Of a DNA stretch of 64,000 nucleotides, positions 39,688 through 49,213 are shown piece after piece (position 1 is the stretch's first letter; every line of letters begins with the position of its first letter). The position numbers and the translations under genes are program-made. The DNA is from Methanobacteriota archaeon (lineage in GTDB: Archaea > Thermoplasmatota > Poseidoniia > Poseidoniales > Poseidoniaceae): positions 1 through 64,000 of the forward strand of contig JABIGM010000050.1 of NCBI GenBank assembly GCA_018650165.1, given 5' to 3'. The notes beneath the pieces were generated by a model, which saw nothing but the letters and a program-made list of their open reading frames with translations, did not search any database and was not told the origin of the DNA.

Positions 39688-40815
39688 ATGGAAGCCGTCG
39701 ACATGGGCGTAGATATCGGACTGTTGCGAAACTGGCTTGATTCCTATGACCCAGAGCAAATTACGATTGGTGTAGTTGCCTCTCACTCGTCTCTACAAAT
39801 TCTTCATGGCGCCCGCCAAGAAGGTTTCAAAACCCTAGGTATCGCAGTTGGAGAAAATCGTCGCCGATTCTATTCAGCATTCCCTGGTGCAGAGCCAGAT
39901 GAGTGGTTGATGCTAGACAATTATAGAGAAATGCTCGACCATGCCGAATGGTTTAGAGAGCGTAATGTCATCATCATACCCCATGGTTCTCTTGTAGAAT
40001 ACCTTGGAAGTTCGAATTTCAAAAATTTAGAAGTCCCAACGTTTGGAAACCGGGGGATTCTACATTGGGAAAGTAGCAGAGAGTTACAAAGGAGGTGGCT
40101 AGAAGAAGGTGGCTGCTCTATTCCTAAGGTTATCGATGACCCACACGACATAGATGGCCCTGTTATTGTCAAATACGCAGGTGCCAAAGGTGGTGAAGGG
40201 TACTTTATTGCAAGAGATTATCGTGACTTTAAGCGAAATGTAAACCTCGATGAAGAATTCACAATCCAAGAATATGTTCTCGGATGTAGATATTATCTTC
40301 ACTTTTTCTTTGACCCTACCTCTGACGATGGTTTCCAAGTTCAAGGACGTGGAGTTAATGCAGGCAAAAACCTTGGTCGGCTTGAATTAATGAGCATGGA
40401 TCGAAGAGATGAATCGAATGTTGATGAATTTTACAAACTTGGAAGCCTTCGTGACCTGCGTGAAATGAATTTAGAACCTTCATTCGTAGTTACTGGTAAT
40501 CAGCCAGTCGTAATCAGAGAAAGTCTTCTACCGAGAGCTTTTGAAATGGCAGAGGGAACAGTTGCTGCTTCGTTTGAACTAGAAGAAGGGGCACGAGGAA
40601 TGATTGGAGCGTTCTGTTTGGAAACGATTGTCAATGATAAATTAGAATTCAGAGTTTTTGAGATTAGTGCACGTATAGTTGCGGGTTCAAATCCCTTTGT
40701 TGGCGGCTCTCCATACAGTGACATCAATGAACCATTTATGTCCACAGGACGCCGCATAGCACGCTCAATAAAGAAGGGTATAGAGAAAGATTGTCTAGAC
40801 AATATCCTATCTTGA
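39688..40815 (+). CDS. purP: PurP-family ATP-grasp protein (formate-phosphoribosylaminoimidazolecarboxamide ligase or PurP-like paralog)
   Basis: ASHSSLQI, IPHGSLVEY, PTFGNR, GAKGGEGYF, VVTGNQPVVIRESLL, FEISARIVAG, MSTGRRIA. Confidence 0.88.
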   Translation: MEAVDMGVDIGLLRNWLDSYDPEQITIGVVASHSSLQILHGARQEGFKTLGIAVGENRRRFYSAFPGAEPDEWLMLDNYREMLDHAEWFRERNVIIIPHGSLVEYLGSSNFKNLEVPTFGNRGILHWESSRELQRRWLEEGGCSIPKVIDDPHDIDGPVIVKYAGAKGGEGYFIARDYRDFKRNVNLDEEFTIQEYVLGCRYYLHFFFDPTSDDGFQVQGRGVNAGKNLGRLELMSMDRRDESNVDEFYKLGSLRDLREMNLEPSFVVTGNQPVVIRESLLPRAFEMAEGTVAASFELEEGARGMIGAFCLETIVNDKLEFRVFEISARIVAGSNPFVGGSPYSDINEPFMSTGRRIARSIKKGIEKDCLDNILS

Positions 40816-40853
40816 AAGGCTTAGGTGCTGCCAATTAAACTCGTGATTAAATC

Positions 40854-42551
40854 TCACTGGTCTTCATCAGAGTCACTACCGTCCCATTCGCCGCTTTCAA
40901 GTGCTGCCAATTTTGCTTTGGCTTCGGCGGCTTGGGCTGCTCTTTTCTCAGGATCGTCAATCGTAAATTCGGAAATAAGCATTATCGCATCGCCGCTAGA
41001 AATCATACCTTCGAATTCCTTGATTTCTCCACCTGCATTACAGATTACTTTGAAACTGGTAGGGTCCTTAGAACGGCGCTTCTTGTGTTTCTTGTAGTGG
41101 TGCACATAGGCCTTGTAAGTTCCACCTGGTGCTTTACCTTCTGGCCAAACTACATTCTCAACTGGCTTCTTTGATTCTGGCCTTACATTGGCATCGACAT
41201 CTAATTCTCCACCGCAAGCAGACTCCCTGTTACCACCATGAATTCTTTCTCCTGATGGGCAGACTACATGCAAATCTAAATCATTATAATTATTCCATAT
41301 CAATGAAATTTGTACATCAGATGATTTTGCACCTTCTCTCTCAAGTCTCTCTTTGAGTTCTTTCATTGCTTCCTGAGTTGCCTTAATAGATTCAAGTTCA
41401 GCAGCCTCATTCTCAACTATCTCTGCCAATCTTTGTTCTTCGGCTTCTGCTAATTCTATTTGACGAGTTTCTTCTAACTCAGTTGCAAGTCTCTCTTCCT
41501 CAGCAATCTTCTCGGTTTCCTCTTCCATGATTGCTTGTTCTATCTCCTCTTCTGTTCCTCTTTCATCAGGGGCATCGAGTGTGAACTCGCATACTAACAT
41601 GATTGGGTCCCCATGAGACAATTCAGATTCATAATGAGCGATTGTTCCACCGGTATTGCATACAACTCTGAACTTAGTCGGGTCTTTAGAACGGCGTTTA
41701 TTGTGCTTCTTGTAATGGTGAACATACACTTTGTAGTCGCCCGGTGGTGCTTTGAAATCAGGCCAAACTATATTTTCAACAGGTTTCTTAGTTTCTGGAC
41801 GAACATTAGCGTCAACATCTAATTCACCGCCACATTCTGAGGTTTTATTTCCTCCATGAATTCTTTCGCCGGAAGGACACAATACATGTAAATCCAAATC
41901 ATTGTAATTGTCCCACATGAGTGAGACTTGAACTTCAGAAGACTTGGCACCTTCTCTTTCCAACCGATTCATCAAGTCGCGTTCGGCCTGTTCCGAAGCC
42001 ATCTGTGCTTCGAGTTCTTCTGATTCTTCTGAGGCCTCGATTTCTGCTTGTCGCACCTCTTCGGCTTCTTCCAGTTCCTGTTGGCGCTCTATTTCTCGCT
42101 CTTCAGCAAGTCGCTTCTCTTCTGCCAAACGTTCTGCTTCGCGCTCTTCAGCAAGTTTCCTGGCCTCTTCTAATTCAGCCTCACGTTGTGCTTCGTACTC
42201 CGCTTTGAGTCTTGCTTCTTCGGCTTCTTCTTCTGCTAAACGTGATTTTTCTTCGTCGATTAATTTTTTTGCTGCATCATCAGCAAGAGACTTACGAGCT
42301 TCTTCCTCTGCTAGTAAAATGGCCCTTTCATCTCTACGTTTTGAAGCAAGGTGCCTTTCTATCTCTGCTAGTTTCCGGTCAAAATCGTTGTGCGCTTTGG
42401 AAAAATCAGGGCTACCTCTGCGTGTTAAGTCTTGACGTTGGATAGTCATACTCCGGCTAGCACGGTCATCCTTTCGAACCAGCATAAACCAGATCCCAAA
42501 TAGAAACGCCCCTCCTAAAAGGCCAATCATTAACCAAGATACGAGGTCCAT
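40854..42551 (-). CDS. Membrane-anchored coiled-coil protein with two tandem YfaP/DUF2135-like domains
   Basis: N-terminal TM helix, Glu/Ala/Arg coiled coils, two ~133-aa copies containing VQ(V/I)SLxWxNYNDLDLHVxCPSGERI...GGELDVDAN. Confidence 0.75.
   Translation of the reverse strand: MDLVSWLMIGLLGGAFLFGIWFMLVRKDDRASRSMTIQRQDLTRRGSPDFSKAHNDFDRKLAEIERHLASKRRDERAILLAEEEARKSLADDAAKKLIDEEKSRLAEEEAEEARLKAEYEAQREAELEEARKLAEEREAERLAEEKRLAEEREIERQQELEEAEEVRQAEIEASEESEELEAQMASEQAERDLMNRLEREGAKSSEVQVSLMWDNYNDLDLHVLCPSGERIHGGNKTSECGGELDVDANVRPETKKPVENIVWPDFKAPPGDYKVYVHHYKKHNKRRSKDPTKFRVVCNTGGTIAHYESELSHGDPIMLVCEFTLDAPDERGTEEEIEQAIMEEETEKIAEEERLATELEETRQIELAEAEEQRLAEIVENEAAELESIKATQEAMKELKERLEREGAKSSDVQISLIWNNYNDLDLHVVCPSGERIHGGNRESACGGELDVDANVRPESKKPVENVVWPEGKAPGGTYKAYVHHYKKHKKRRSKDPTSFKVICNAGGEIKEFEGMISSGDAIMLISEFTIDDPEKRAAQAAEAKAKLAALESGEWDGSDSDEDQ
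40950..41966 (-). repeat. Intragenic domain duplication (approx. aa 196-329 and 402-534)
   Basis: Copy 1 ~41565-41966, copy 2 ~40950-41348; high amino-acid identity with many synonymous differences. Confidence 0.9.
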
Positions 42552-42629
42552 GTGCGGGCCTAAGATAAACTGGGACTTATTACCATCGGCTATTAATAAC
42601 GGGTAATATTGGAATTTTGTTTAATATAC

Positions 42630-42696
42630 TAATCATATAATCGTTTAACAGGGACAAGCCATACTTGTAATCTATAAGTTATTTCTTATATGATTA
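42630..42696. promoter_or_regulatory. 11-bp perfect inverted repeat TAATCATATAA ... TTATATGATTA in an AT-rich divergent promoter
   Basis: Arms at 42630-42640 and 42686-42696, 45-nt spacer containing small ACAAG/CTTGT and ATAAG/CTTAT inverted pairs. Confidence 0.45.
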
Positions 42697-42711
42697 TGCA
42701 AACAATAAATT

Positions 42712-43371
42712 ATGCGCGAGGTACAACTGAAGTGGTCACCCGAATCAATTTCTAAATCAGAAATTGGATTGATCACAAATGTTGCTTCTTCGTATGAAGT
42801 GGTGGCCCATCTTGAAGTAGCTAAAGATGGTGTGCGGCAACTTGTCAAAATTAAATTTAAAGAAGAAAGGGGCCCTGATGACCTGATGAAAATACCATTT
42901 TTGATTGTCGAGGGCCCAATGCGGCCACATCCATTGCCTGAGAATGGAGGTACTGGCTACATTGTAGTTTGGAATAACCACCCATTATCTGTTGCCGCAA
43001 TTAATTTCGATAGCCTGCATGTCATCCCTCCATATGTAATCGGAGAAGATGGTGTCCAAATCACAATACGTGGCCTTCCTGAAGGTGTTAGTGGATTTCT
43101 AAAAGTAGCAAGAGTGATGTTGCCTCCAGACAGTATTAATGTGGTTGATATTGCCGAAATGGAAGATACTATTCTGAAAATACTTACACCCAAACAACTT
43201 GAAATATCGATACTAGCAGTTCGTTCAGGCTACTATGAGAGCCCTCGTAAAATTAGCAAAAAGGAATTATCTGACTTATCCAATATTCCTCGTTCGACTC
43301 TTCAAGAACATTTGGCCAAAGCTGAAGCCGCATTGGTCGACTGGGCTGTAAAAACACATCTCTCCAAGTGA
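42712..43371 (+). CDS. HTH-10 (bacterio-opsin activator type) transcriptional regulator
   Basis: C-terminal LTPKQLEI...GYYESPRKISKKELSDLSNIPRSTLQEHLAKAE. Confidence 0.88.
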   Translation: MREVQLKWSPESISKSEIGLITNVASSYEVVAHLEVAKDGVRQLVKIKFKEERGPDDLMKIPFLIVEGPMRPHPLPENGGTGYIVVWNNHPLSVAAINFDSLHVIPPYVIGEDGVQITIRGLPEGVSGFLKVARVMLPPDSINVVDIAEMEDTILKILTPKQLEISILAVRSGYYESPRKISKKELSDLSNIPRSTLQEHLAKAEAALVDWAVKTHLSK

Positions 43372-43408
43372 GAAAGTATTGTCAATACACCACCCCCCCC
43401 CTGTAAAC

Positions 43409-44179
43409 ATGAGCGACATTGAATCACTGTTGCCAAACGGAAAAGGCGTTTGGATTCCGATTGATCATGGAGTCTCCGATTATCCAGTTGTAGGTTTAGA
43501 AAACCTTGATGATTTGATTGCTAGTATCTCGCATGCAGATGCTATTGTTGCGCAAAAAGGTGTTGTATCACAATACGCTTCAAGTGAAGTGAGCATGGTT
43601 GCACATTTATCCGTATCGACTAGGCATTCAGGCGCCAGGTCTAGCGATAAAGTGCTTGTAGGAAGTGTTGAAGAATCATTGTCAAGGGGTGCAAGGGGAG
43701 TCAGCGTACAAGTCAATCTTGGAAGTCCAGATGAACCTGAAATGGTTGAACGCTTGGGCATGATTACCAATGAGGCTCATTTCCTAGATTGCCCAGTATT
43801 GGGCATGGTATATCCACGTGGAGAGAATCTCAACATTATGGATACTGATGATACTGAAGGCGCCGCTCATGCTGCAAGATTAGCATTTGAAATGGGATGT
43901 AGTGTAGTGAAGACAAAATGGACTGGTTCTATTGAATCATTCCGTAAAGTGACATCTGCTGTCCCAATACCTGTACTAATCGCTGGAGGTCCTGCTAATA
44001 ATACTACAAAGCAAATCCTCACCACTGTTTACCAAGCAATGCAAGCAGGTGGTAGTGGTGTTTGTATGGGGAGACAAGTATTCTCACATGAATCTCCAGG
44101 AAAAATGGTAAGTGCACTTCTAGCAATTGTTCATGATGGTCTGGAAGTAGAACAAGCCATGGAACTTACAGGATTGTGA
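43409..44179 (+). CDS. 2-amino-3,7-dideoxy-D-threo-hept-6-ulosonate synthase (AroA', DhnA-type aldolase)
   Basis: IPIDHG, AHLSVST, MVYPRG, AHAARLAFEMG, VVKT Schiff-base Lys, MGRQVF; next to AroB'. Start ATG 43409 lies 23 nt after a TATTGTCAA box. Confidence 0.88.
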   Translation: MSDIESLLPNGKGVWIPIDHGVSDYPVVGLENLDDLIASISHADAIVAQKGVVSQYASSEVSMVAHLSVSTRHSGARSSDKVLVGSVEESLSRGARGVSVQVNLGSPDEPEMVERLGMITNEAHFLDCPVLGMVYPRGENLNIMDTDDTEGAAHAARLAFEMGCSVVKTKWTGSIESFRKVTSAVPIPVLIAGGPANNTTKQILTTVYQAMQAGGSGVCMGRQVFSHESPGKMVSALLAIVHDGLEVEQAMELTGL

Positions 44180-44183
44180 AATT

Positions 44184-45155
44184 ATGCAGGTTTGGCTCGA
44201 ATCTGGTACACGCCAAGAAGGTGTGGACCTATTACTTGGTGAAGATTTACTTGTTGATGGTGCTGCTCTATACATTGAAGGACGCCAAGTTGGAAGGAAG
44301 GTCGATGTAAGCAACGCAGATGGACAAGCAAGAGCAAGAGCAATGGCGGGTAGTGTCGAATGGATATTACTTGATCTCGGTGAATGGAAAATGATCCCAA
44401 TTGAAAATATTGTTGCGGTTTGTGATGGTTGCCCGACAAAGGTCGCAGCCCGTATATCTTCATCTGAACAAGTTCTCGGGGCTGCATTTGCATTACAAAT
44501 AGGAGTTGATGCTTTGCTGGTCACTGAAGATATCCTTCCAACCGCCCTTATTGCAAAATCTCAACGAGGAGAAATAACCCACGTTTCATCTGAAATTGAA
44601 AAAGTGCCTTTCGCTCTATCTGAATTAGAAGTTATTGAAGTAAAAGAAGGAGGCATAGGGGACCGAGTTTGTGTGGACCTTACTTCAATGCTAGATATTG
44701 GAGAAGGGATGTTGGTTGGTTCCAGTGCATCATCCATGGTTTTAGTTCATGGAGAGACCATTGAATCTGAATTCGTACCGACTCGGCCATTTAGAGTAAA
44801 TGCCGGTGCATCTCATTCTTACATTCTGAAAGGTGATGGTTCTACTTCTTACCTTTGTGAACTGAAAATGGGTGATGAAGTAATGGTTATTGGCGCCACA
44901 GGAACATCACGAATTGCAACGGTGGGACGTATTAAAATTGAACGAAGGCCGTTTTTGTTATTTCGTTGGAAGGATGACAACCATAATGAGGCAGGTACAC
45001 TTCTTCAGCAAGCAGAGACCGTACGACTTGCCACCTCATCTTTCGACTTTGTATCAATTACAGAACTCGTAGTGGGCACGAAATTAATGGGATGGAGTGG
45101 CGGTGTTGGCCGCCATGTAGGCATGCCAATCAGTGCAGAGGTAATTGAAAAATAG
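44184..45155 (+). CDS. 3-dehydroquinate synthase II (AroB')
   Basis: WKMIPIENI, GIGDRVCVD, GEGMLVGS, PTRPFRVNAGA, GRIKIERRP, LQQAETVRL. Confidence 0.93.
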   Translation: MQVWLESGTRQEGVDLLLGEDLLVDGAALYIEGRQVGRKVDVSNADGQARARAMAGSVEWILLDLGEWKMIPIENIVAVCDGCPTKVAARISSSEQVLGAAFALQIGVDALLVTEDILPTALIAKSQRGEITHVSSEIEKVPFALSELEVIEVKEGGIGDRVCVDLTSMLDIGEGMLVGSSASSMVLVHGETIESEFVPTRPFRVNAGASHSYILKGDGSTSYLCELKMGDEVMVIGATGTSRIATVGRIKIERRPFLLFRWKDDNHNEAGTLLQQAETVRLATSSFDFVSITELVVGTKLMGWSGGVGRHVGMPISAEVIEK

Positions 45156-45163
45156 GTGAAAGA

Positions 45164-46045
45164 ATGGCAGTTTTAGGCTCAGGCTCTTCTAATGGTGGGT
45201 GCAGTCTCCTCCATGCAGCAGGGCTTGGCTATGGCGCCTCATTGGCTCTTGACCTTCCAGTAAAGGTTAGATTATTGGATAAATCTCCAAAAAAGGAATT
45301 GGTTGACCCTGATGGATTGTTGGCTGCTGTGATAGAAGCATGGAGTAATTCTTCACTTCCTTTACCAGATTACGAGTTGTTTTGGTCGGTTAAATCCAAA
45401 GTTCCCCCTAGACAAGGACTGAAATCTAGTGCTGCAGTTTCTGTTGCAGCGATTCGTGCATTATGTGCCGCTACAGATACTGAACTAGATAATTCTCAGA
45501 TTGTTGATCTTTCTGCTGCTGCTCAGTTAGCAGCAGGAGTCTCACTTACCGGTAGCTATGATGATTCGTGGGCAGCGGTTGAAGGTGGTTGGAAACTCGT
45601 TGATATTAATGCACAAGATGCACGTTCAGGTGTTCTTTTGGAATCTAAAGGGCCATCTTCGGATGATTGGAATGTGCTGTTGATCTTAAGAGGTGACCGT
45701 GAAGAAAGGCCTGCGATTGATGACTTTACTTACCACCAACAAGCATTTTCACAGGCACTTAGTGCTTTACAAGAGGGTAAAGATTTGGTAGCACTAACTT
45801 GGAATGGCAGAGGTGTTGTTGGAGCATTAAATGACCCTGAAGGCCGTAGAATGACAAATGATGCCTTCGTAAATGGTGCAAGAGCCGCTGGAATGAGTGG
45901 CTCGGGGCCAGCAATTGTGATTTTTGCCCCTGCAATAAGCAAACCTACACTTGAACGGTTATCTAAATGGTATGAACGATTTGGTGATGTCGAAGTTATC
46001 AAAACTACAGTAATTAATGCAGTATTCGAAGAGAGTGATGAATAA
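45164..46045 (+). CDS. aroK: Shikimate kinase, archaeal GHMP-kinase type
   Basis: GLKSSAAVS, GVSLTGSYDD, AAGMSGSGPA; aro operon context. Confidence 0.9.
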   Translation: MAVLGSGSSNGGCSLLHAAGLGYGASLALDLPVKVRLLDKSPKKELVDPDGLLAAVIEAWSNSSLPLPDYELFWSVKSKVPPRQGLKSSAAVSVAAIRALCAATDTELDNSQIVDLSAAAQLAAGVSLTGSYDDSWAAVEGGWKLVDINAQDARSGVLLESKGPSSDDWNVLLILRGDREERPAIDDFTYHQQAFSQALSALQEGKDLVALTWNGRGVVGALNDPEGRRMTNDAFVNGARAAGMSGSGPAIVIFAPAISKPTLERLSKWYERFGDVEVIKTTVINAVFEESDE

Positions 46046-46093
46046 TCACATTGATGAATAGAAGCCTTCTCAATCGTGTTGATACTAATGCGC

Positions 46094-47077
46094 ATGAGCT
46101 TGGGTGAGAGTATGATTGTCACTCTCTTTGGAGAGTCTCATGGCCCCGCAGTAGGCGCACTTATAGAAGGAATGCCACCAAATATCGAACTTGATTTAGA
46201 ACAATTAATCGACGACATGGTGTCGCGTAGACCTGGTTCAGGTCTTGCAAGCAAAAGGAAAGAAACCGACGATGTTGAAATTATGTCAGGTGTCCATGCT
46301 GGTAAGACCACAGGGATGCCAATTCTCTTATTGATAAAGAATGAAGATGTTCGCTCTAAGGATTATTCATTTTTACCTTATCAACCACGTCCGGGACATG
46401 TTGATCATCCAATTAATGTCAAGACCGAAGGTGCTGCAGATTTACGAGGTGGTGGCTCTTTTTCTGCTAGGCTAACAGCCGGGCTTGTCGCAGCATCGTC
46501 AATTTCTAGAAAAGTAATTCCAGATGAATGGGTTGTTGAAGCAACTATAGGTGCACTAGGTGGTAAAGAAGGTGAAGATGGTATTGCACTTGCTGAACAA
46601 GCACGAAAAGAGGGAGATTCGCTTGGAAGTAGAGTCGATCTAGTAATTTCAGGTTTGCCAGTTGGTCTAGGAGAACCGTGGTTTGATGGCCTTGAACCCG
46701 CTTTAGCAAGAGCGTTGATGGCAATACCTGCTGCTAGAGCTGTTGAGTTTGGCAGAGGTGTTCGCGCAGGCGAAATGCGAGGGAGCCAGCACAATGACAA
46801 ATGGGGTAAAGGCATGACTCTTTCAGAGGGCGCTGATGGTGCACTTGGAGGAATGGCTAGTGGAGCGCCGATTAGGGTAAGAATAACCTTCAAACCACCA
46901 AGCGGTATATCTTTGCCACAAAAAACATTCAATGAAATATCAGGAGTAATGGAGGAGTTAGCAATCAAAGGAAGGCATGACCCTGTCATCGCTCCACGCG
47001 CACGACCTGTTGTCGAAGCAGTTGCACGACTTGTCATTGCAGATTTGGCGATTCGCGGAGGATATATCGATGAGTGA
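46094..47077 (+). CDS. aroC: Chorismate synthase
   Basis: FGESHG, RRPG, RPGHVD, RGGGSFSAR, GMASGAPI, FKPPS, GRHDPVI. Likely start MSLG at 46094. Confidence 0.94.
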   Translation: MSLGESMIVTLFGESHGPAVGALIEGMPPNIELDLEQLIDDMVSRRPGSGLASKRKETDDVEIMSGVHAGKTTGMPILLLIKNEDVRSKDYSFLPYQPRPGHVDHPINVKTEGAADLRGGGSFSARLTAGLVAASSISRKVIPDEWVVEATIGALGGKEGEDGIALAEQARKEGDSLGSRVDLVISGLPVGLGEPWFDGLEPALARALMAIPAARAVEFGRGVRAGEMRGSQHNDKWGKGMTLSEGADGALGGMASGAPIRVRITFKPPSGISLPQKTFNEISGVMEELAIKGRHDPVIAPRARPVVEAVARLVIADLAIRGGYIDE

Positions 47078-48314
47078 TATTGTAGTTCACAAATTTGGCG
47101 GTTCCTGTCTTCGAGAAGGCAGTGATATCGACAGAATTGCTGAAATTATACAAAAAACACCAGGTAAGCCATTGATAGTAGTATCTGCCCTCTGGGGAAT
47201 GACTGACCGGCTATACAGGGCAGCCAGAGAACCTCATTATGCTGGACGATTAGTTCAGGATGTCACATCTCAGCACCTACTGTTTGCACCAGGGCTAGAT
47301 TCCGGCGATTTCAGTCAATTATTCAACCAAGTAATTTCTGGTATTTCTATGGAATTGGTTAAATTATCAGGTGGTGAACCATCATTACGATCTGAAAATT
47401 TAATTTTAGCCGCAGGAGAAAGACTGAGCGCCCTTGCTGTTGCACATCGACTACGTTCGATGGGAATGAATGCTCATCCTGTTGGTGCAGAAGATATTGG
47501 GTTAAAACTCAAAGGAACTGGACGTGCAAGTCAGATTGATATTGAAGCGTCATCCCAGAGTTTAAAGCGCGGGAATTTGATTGGCATTCCAATACTAACT
47601 GGATGGTTTGGTGAAGGGTCGGATGGTGATATTGCGATACTCTCAAGAGGAGGATCGGACCATTCTGCTGCTGCTTTTGCAAATTTAATGAATGCAAAGA
47701 AATTGATTCTTTGGAAAGATATTGATGGAATAAAACAATTGAATCCAAGATGGGGAATCGATACTCCAGCGATACCTTACCTCGGCTATGGGCAAGCCGC
47801 TGAATTATCGATACATGGCACACCTGTGATTCACCCAGCGACAGTCACTCCACTCATTGAACAAGGAATTCCTCTTGAGGTTCGCAACATAAATGCTCCA
47901 TTCGTAAAGGCACCTACAGTAATTGGACCGGACATCACCCCTTCATCTGCAATTGCAATTGGTTGTCATCCAGGCGTAGCAGTAATAACGCAAAGGAATT
48001 CAATCAATAGCGAATTATTGGCCCGATTGGAACAGGCTGATGTTCACCCGTGGTTGATGAACTCAACACCAGAGGAAATGCGGATGATCATCCCTACGCA
48101 TGAAATAAAGCATATCTCTGATTTGATAGAGGGCAGCATTGAGTACAAAACTGCAGTCATATCGATAATTGGTAGTTTTGATTATACCTCGATTGATTAT
48201 GAGGTTGTATCTACTAACGAATATGGAACTCGATATATCATAGAAACAAAGGACTTACATCAAGCCCTACGTAACTTGTATCAGTCCTTGTTTTCTCTCC
48301 AAGATTGCAAGTGA
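47070..48314 (+). CDS. lysC: Aspartate kinase
   Basis: VHKFGGS, VVSALWGMTD, AAGERLSA, LSRGGSDHSA, WKDIDG, VIHPAT. Start at ATG 47070 overlapping the aroC end. Confidence 0.85.
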   Translation: MSDIVVHKFGGSCLREGSDIDRIAEIIQKTPGKPLIVVSALWGMTDRLYRAAREPHYAGRLVQDVTSQHLLFAPGLDSGDFSQLFNQVISGISMELVKLSGGEPSLRSENLILAAGERLSALAVAHRLRSMGMNAHPVGAEDIGLKLKGTGRASQIDIEASSQSLKRGNLIGIPILTGWFGEGSDGDIAILSRGGSDHSAAAFANLMNAKKLILWKDIDGIKQLNPRWGIDTPAIPYLGYGQAAELSIHGTPVIHPATVTPLIEQGIPLEVRNINAPFVKAPTVIGPDITPSSAIAIGCHPGVAVITQRNSINSELLARLEQADVHPWLMNSTPEEMRMIIPTHEIKHISDLIEGSIEYKTAVISIIGSFDYTSIDYEVVSTNEYGTRYIIETKDLHQALRNLYQSLFSLQDCK

Positions 48315-49201
48315 GTTGGAAGGTCTAAGATGAAAAGACCGCCAACGATTATGAATACAAAGAGAGTACCTAGTGCCACTCCATAAACCGAAATCAATTC
48401 TACTGATTCTTCCATTCGAAGGGCGGTTTGTTCCGAGAATAGGCTAATGAAGGCTGGTAGAATTGTATTTACTGAAAGTACCAGCATTGCAAGCGTTCCA
48501 GCAATTAGTGGATTGATAACTAATGAACGGTGGTATTTACCAATAATTTTCTTGACATTCATGACATAAACTTCACGGGTTCTGATAGAAGTATCAAGCA
48601 TACTGAATCGGAGTACACCATTAGATAGTTCGAAATACATTACAAGGAGGACGGCATAGATTACCACAAGAATAGTTAGCATCAATTCACTTTCCATAAA
48701 TGCTTCACCAAACAAGTCTTGTGAAAATGAAACCTTTGAAGATGCAAATCTCATTACAGATAGGATGAATAAAACATAAGATACTAACAAGAATCTAGCA
48801 TCTCTGAACATTGTGCCCCAGAATCCAGTTCCTACTGCACAGACTACAACCATTATTTGGAGTATACTTGCTACTGTCATTGAGCCTGTTACTGTAAACC
48901 AAATAGTTCCGACTGCAGGTGTAACGATGTAAGTTAGAATACCCAATGCGATGAGAACGCCATAGCACCCAAGTTGAAGGTTTTGCACCATCTTATCCGC
49001 AGGTAAGAATTTCATTTTTGGGACTAGGGGGCCACCCAATAAGCTCTCAATGAAAGTAGGAATCTCGACTGTTGGAATTGCATCCTTCGGGATTTCTCCT
49101 GAAGAAGAAGAGGTTCCTGCAAGCTTCTTTCTAGAAGGTGCAGAAGAGCGGACGGTTTTTCCGTCATATAGATGGGCTGTGTCACCGGACTTTGTCGCCA
49201 T
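48281..49201 (-). CDS. Hypothetical polytopic membrane protein (MoxR operon)
   Basis: About 7 hydrophobic helices; follows the DUF58 gene by 12 nt. Confidence 0.75.
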   Translation of the reverse strand: MATKSGDTAHLYDGKTVRSSAPSRKKLAGTSSSSGEIPKDAIPTVEIPTFIESLLGGPLVPKMKFLPADKMVQNLQLGCYGVLIALGILTYIVTPAVGTIWFTVTGSMTVASILQIMVVVCAVGTGFWGTMFRDARFLLVSYVLFILSVMRFASSKVSFSQDLFGEAFMESELMLTILVVIYAVLLVMYFELSNGVLRFSMLDTSIRTREVYVMNVKKIIGKYHRSLVINPLIAGTLAMLVLSVNTILPAFISLFSEQTALRMEESVELISVYGVALGTLFVFIIVGGLFILDLPTHLQSWRENKD

Positions 49202-49213
49202 AATATTCCCTCC

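Noticed and set aside
43393-43401. C9 homopolymer upstream of aroA' as a phase-variation tract
   Set aside because: Similar C-rich spacers occur upstream of hmgA and kynA, suggesting normal promoter composition; no evidence of length variation from one sequence
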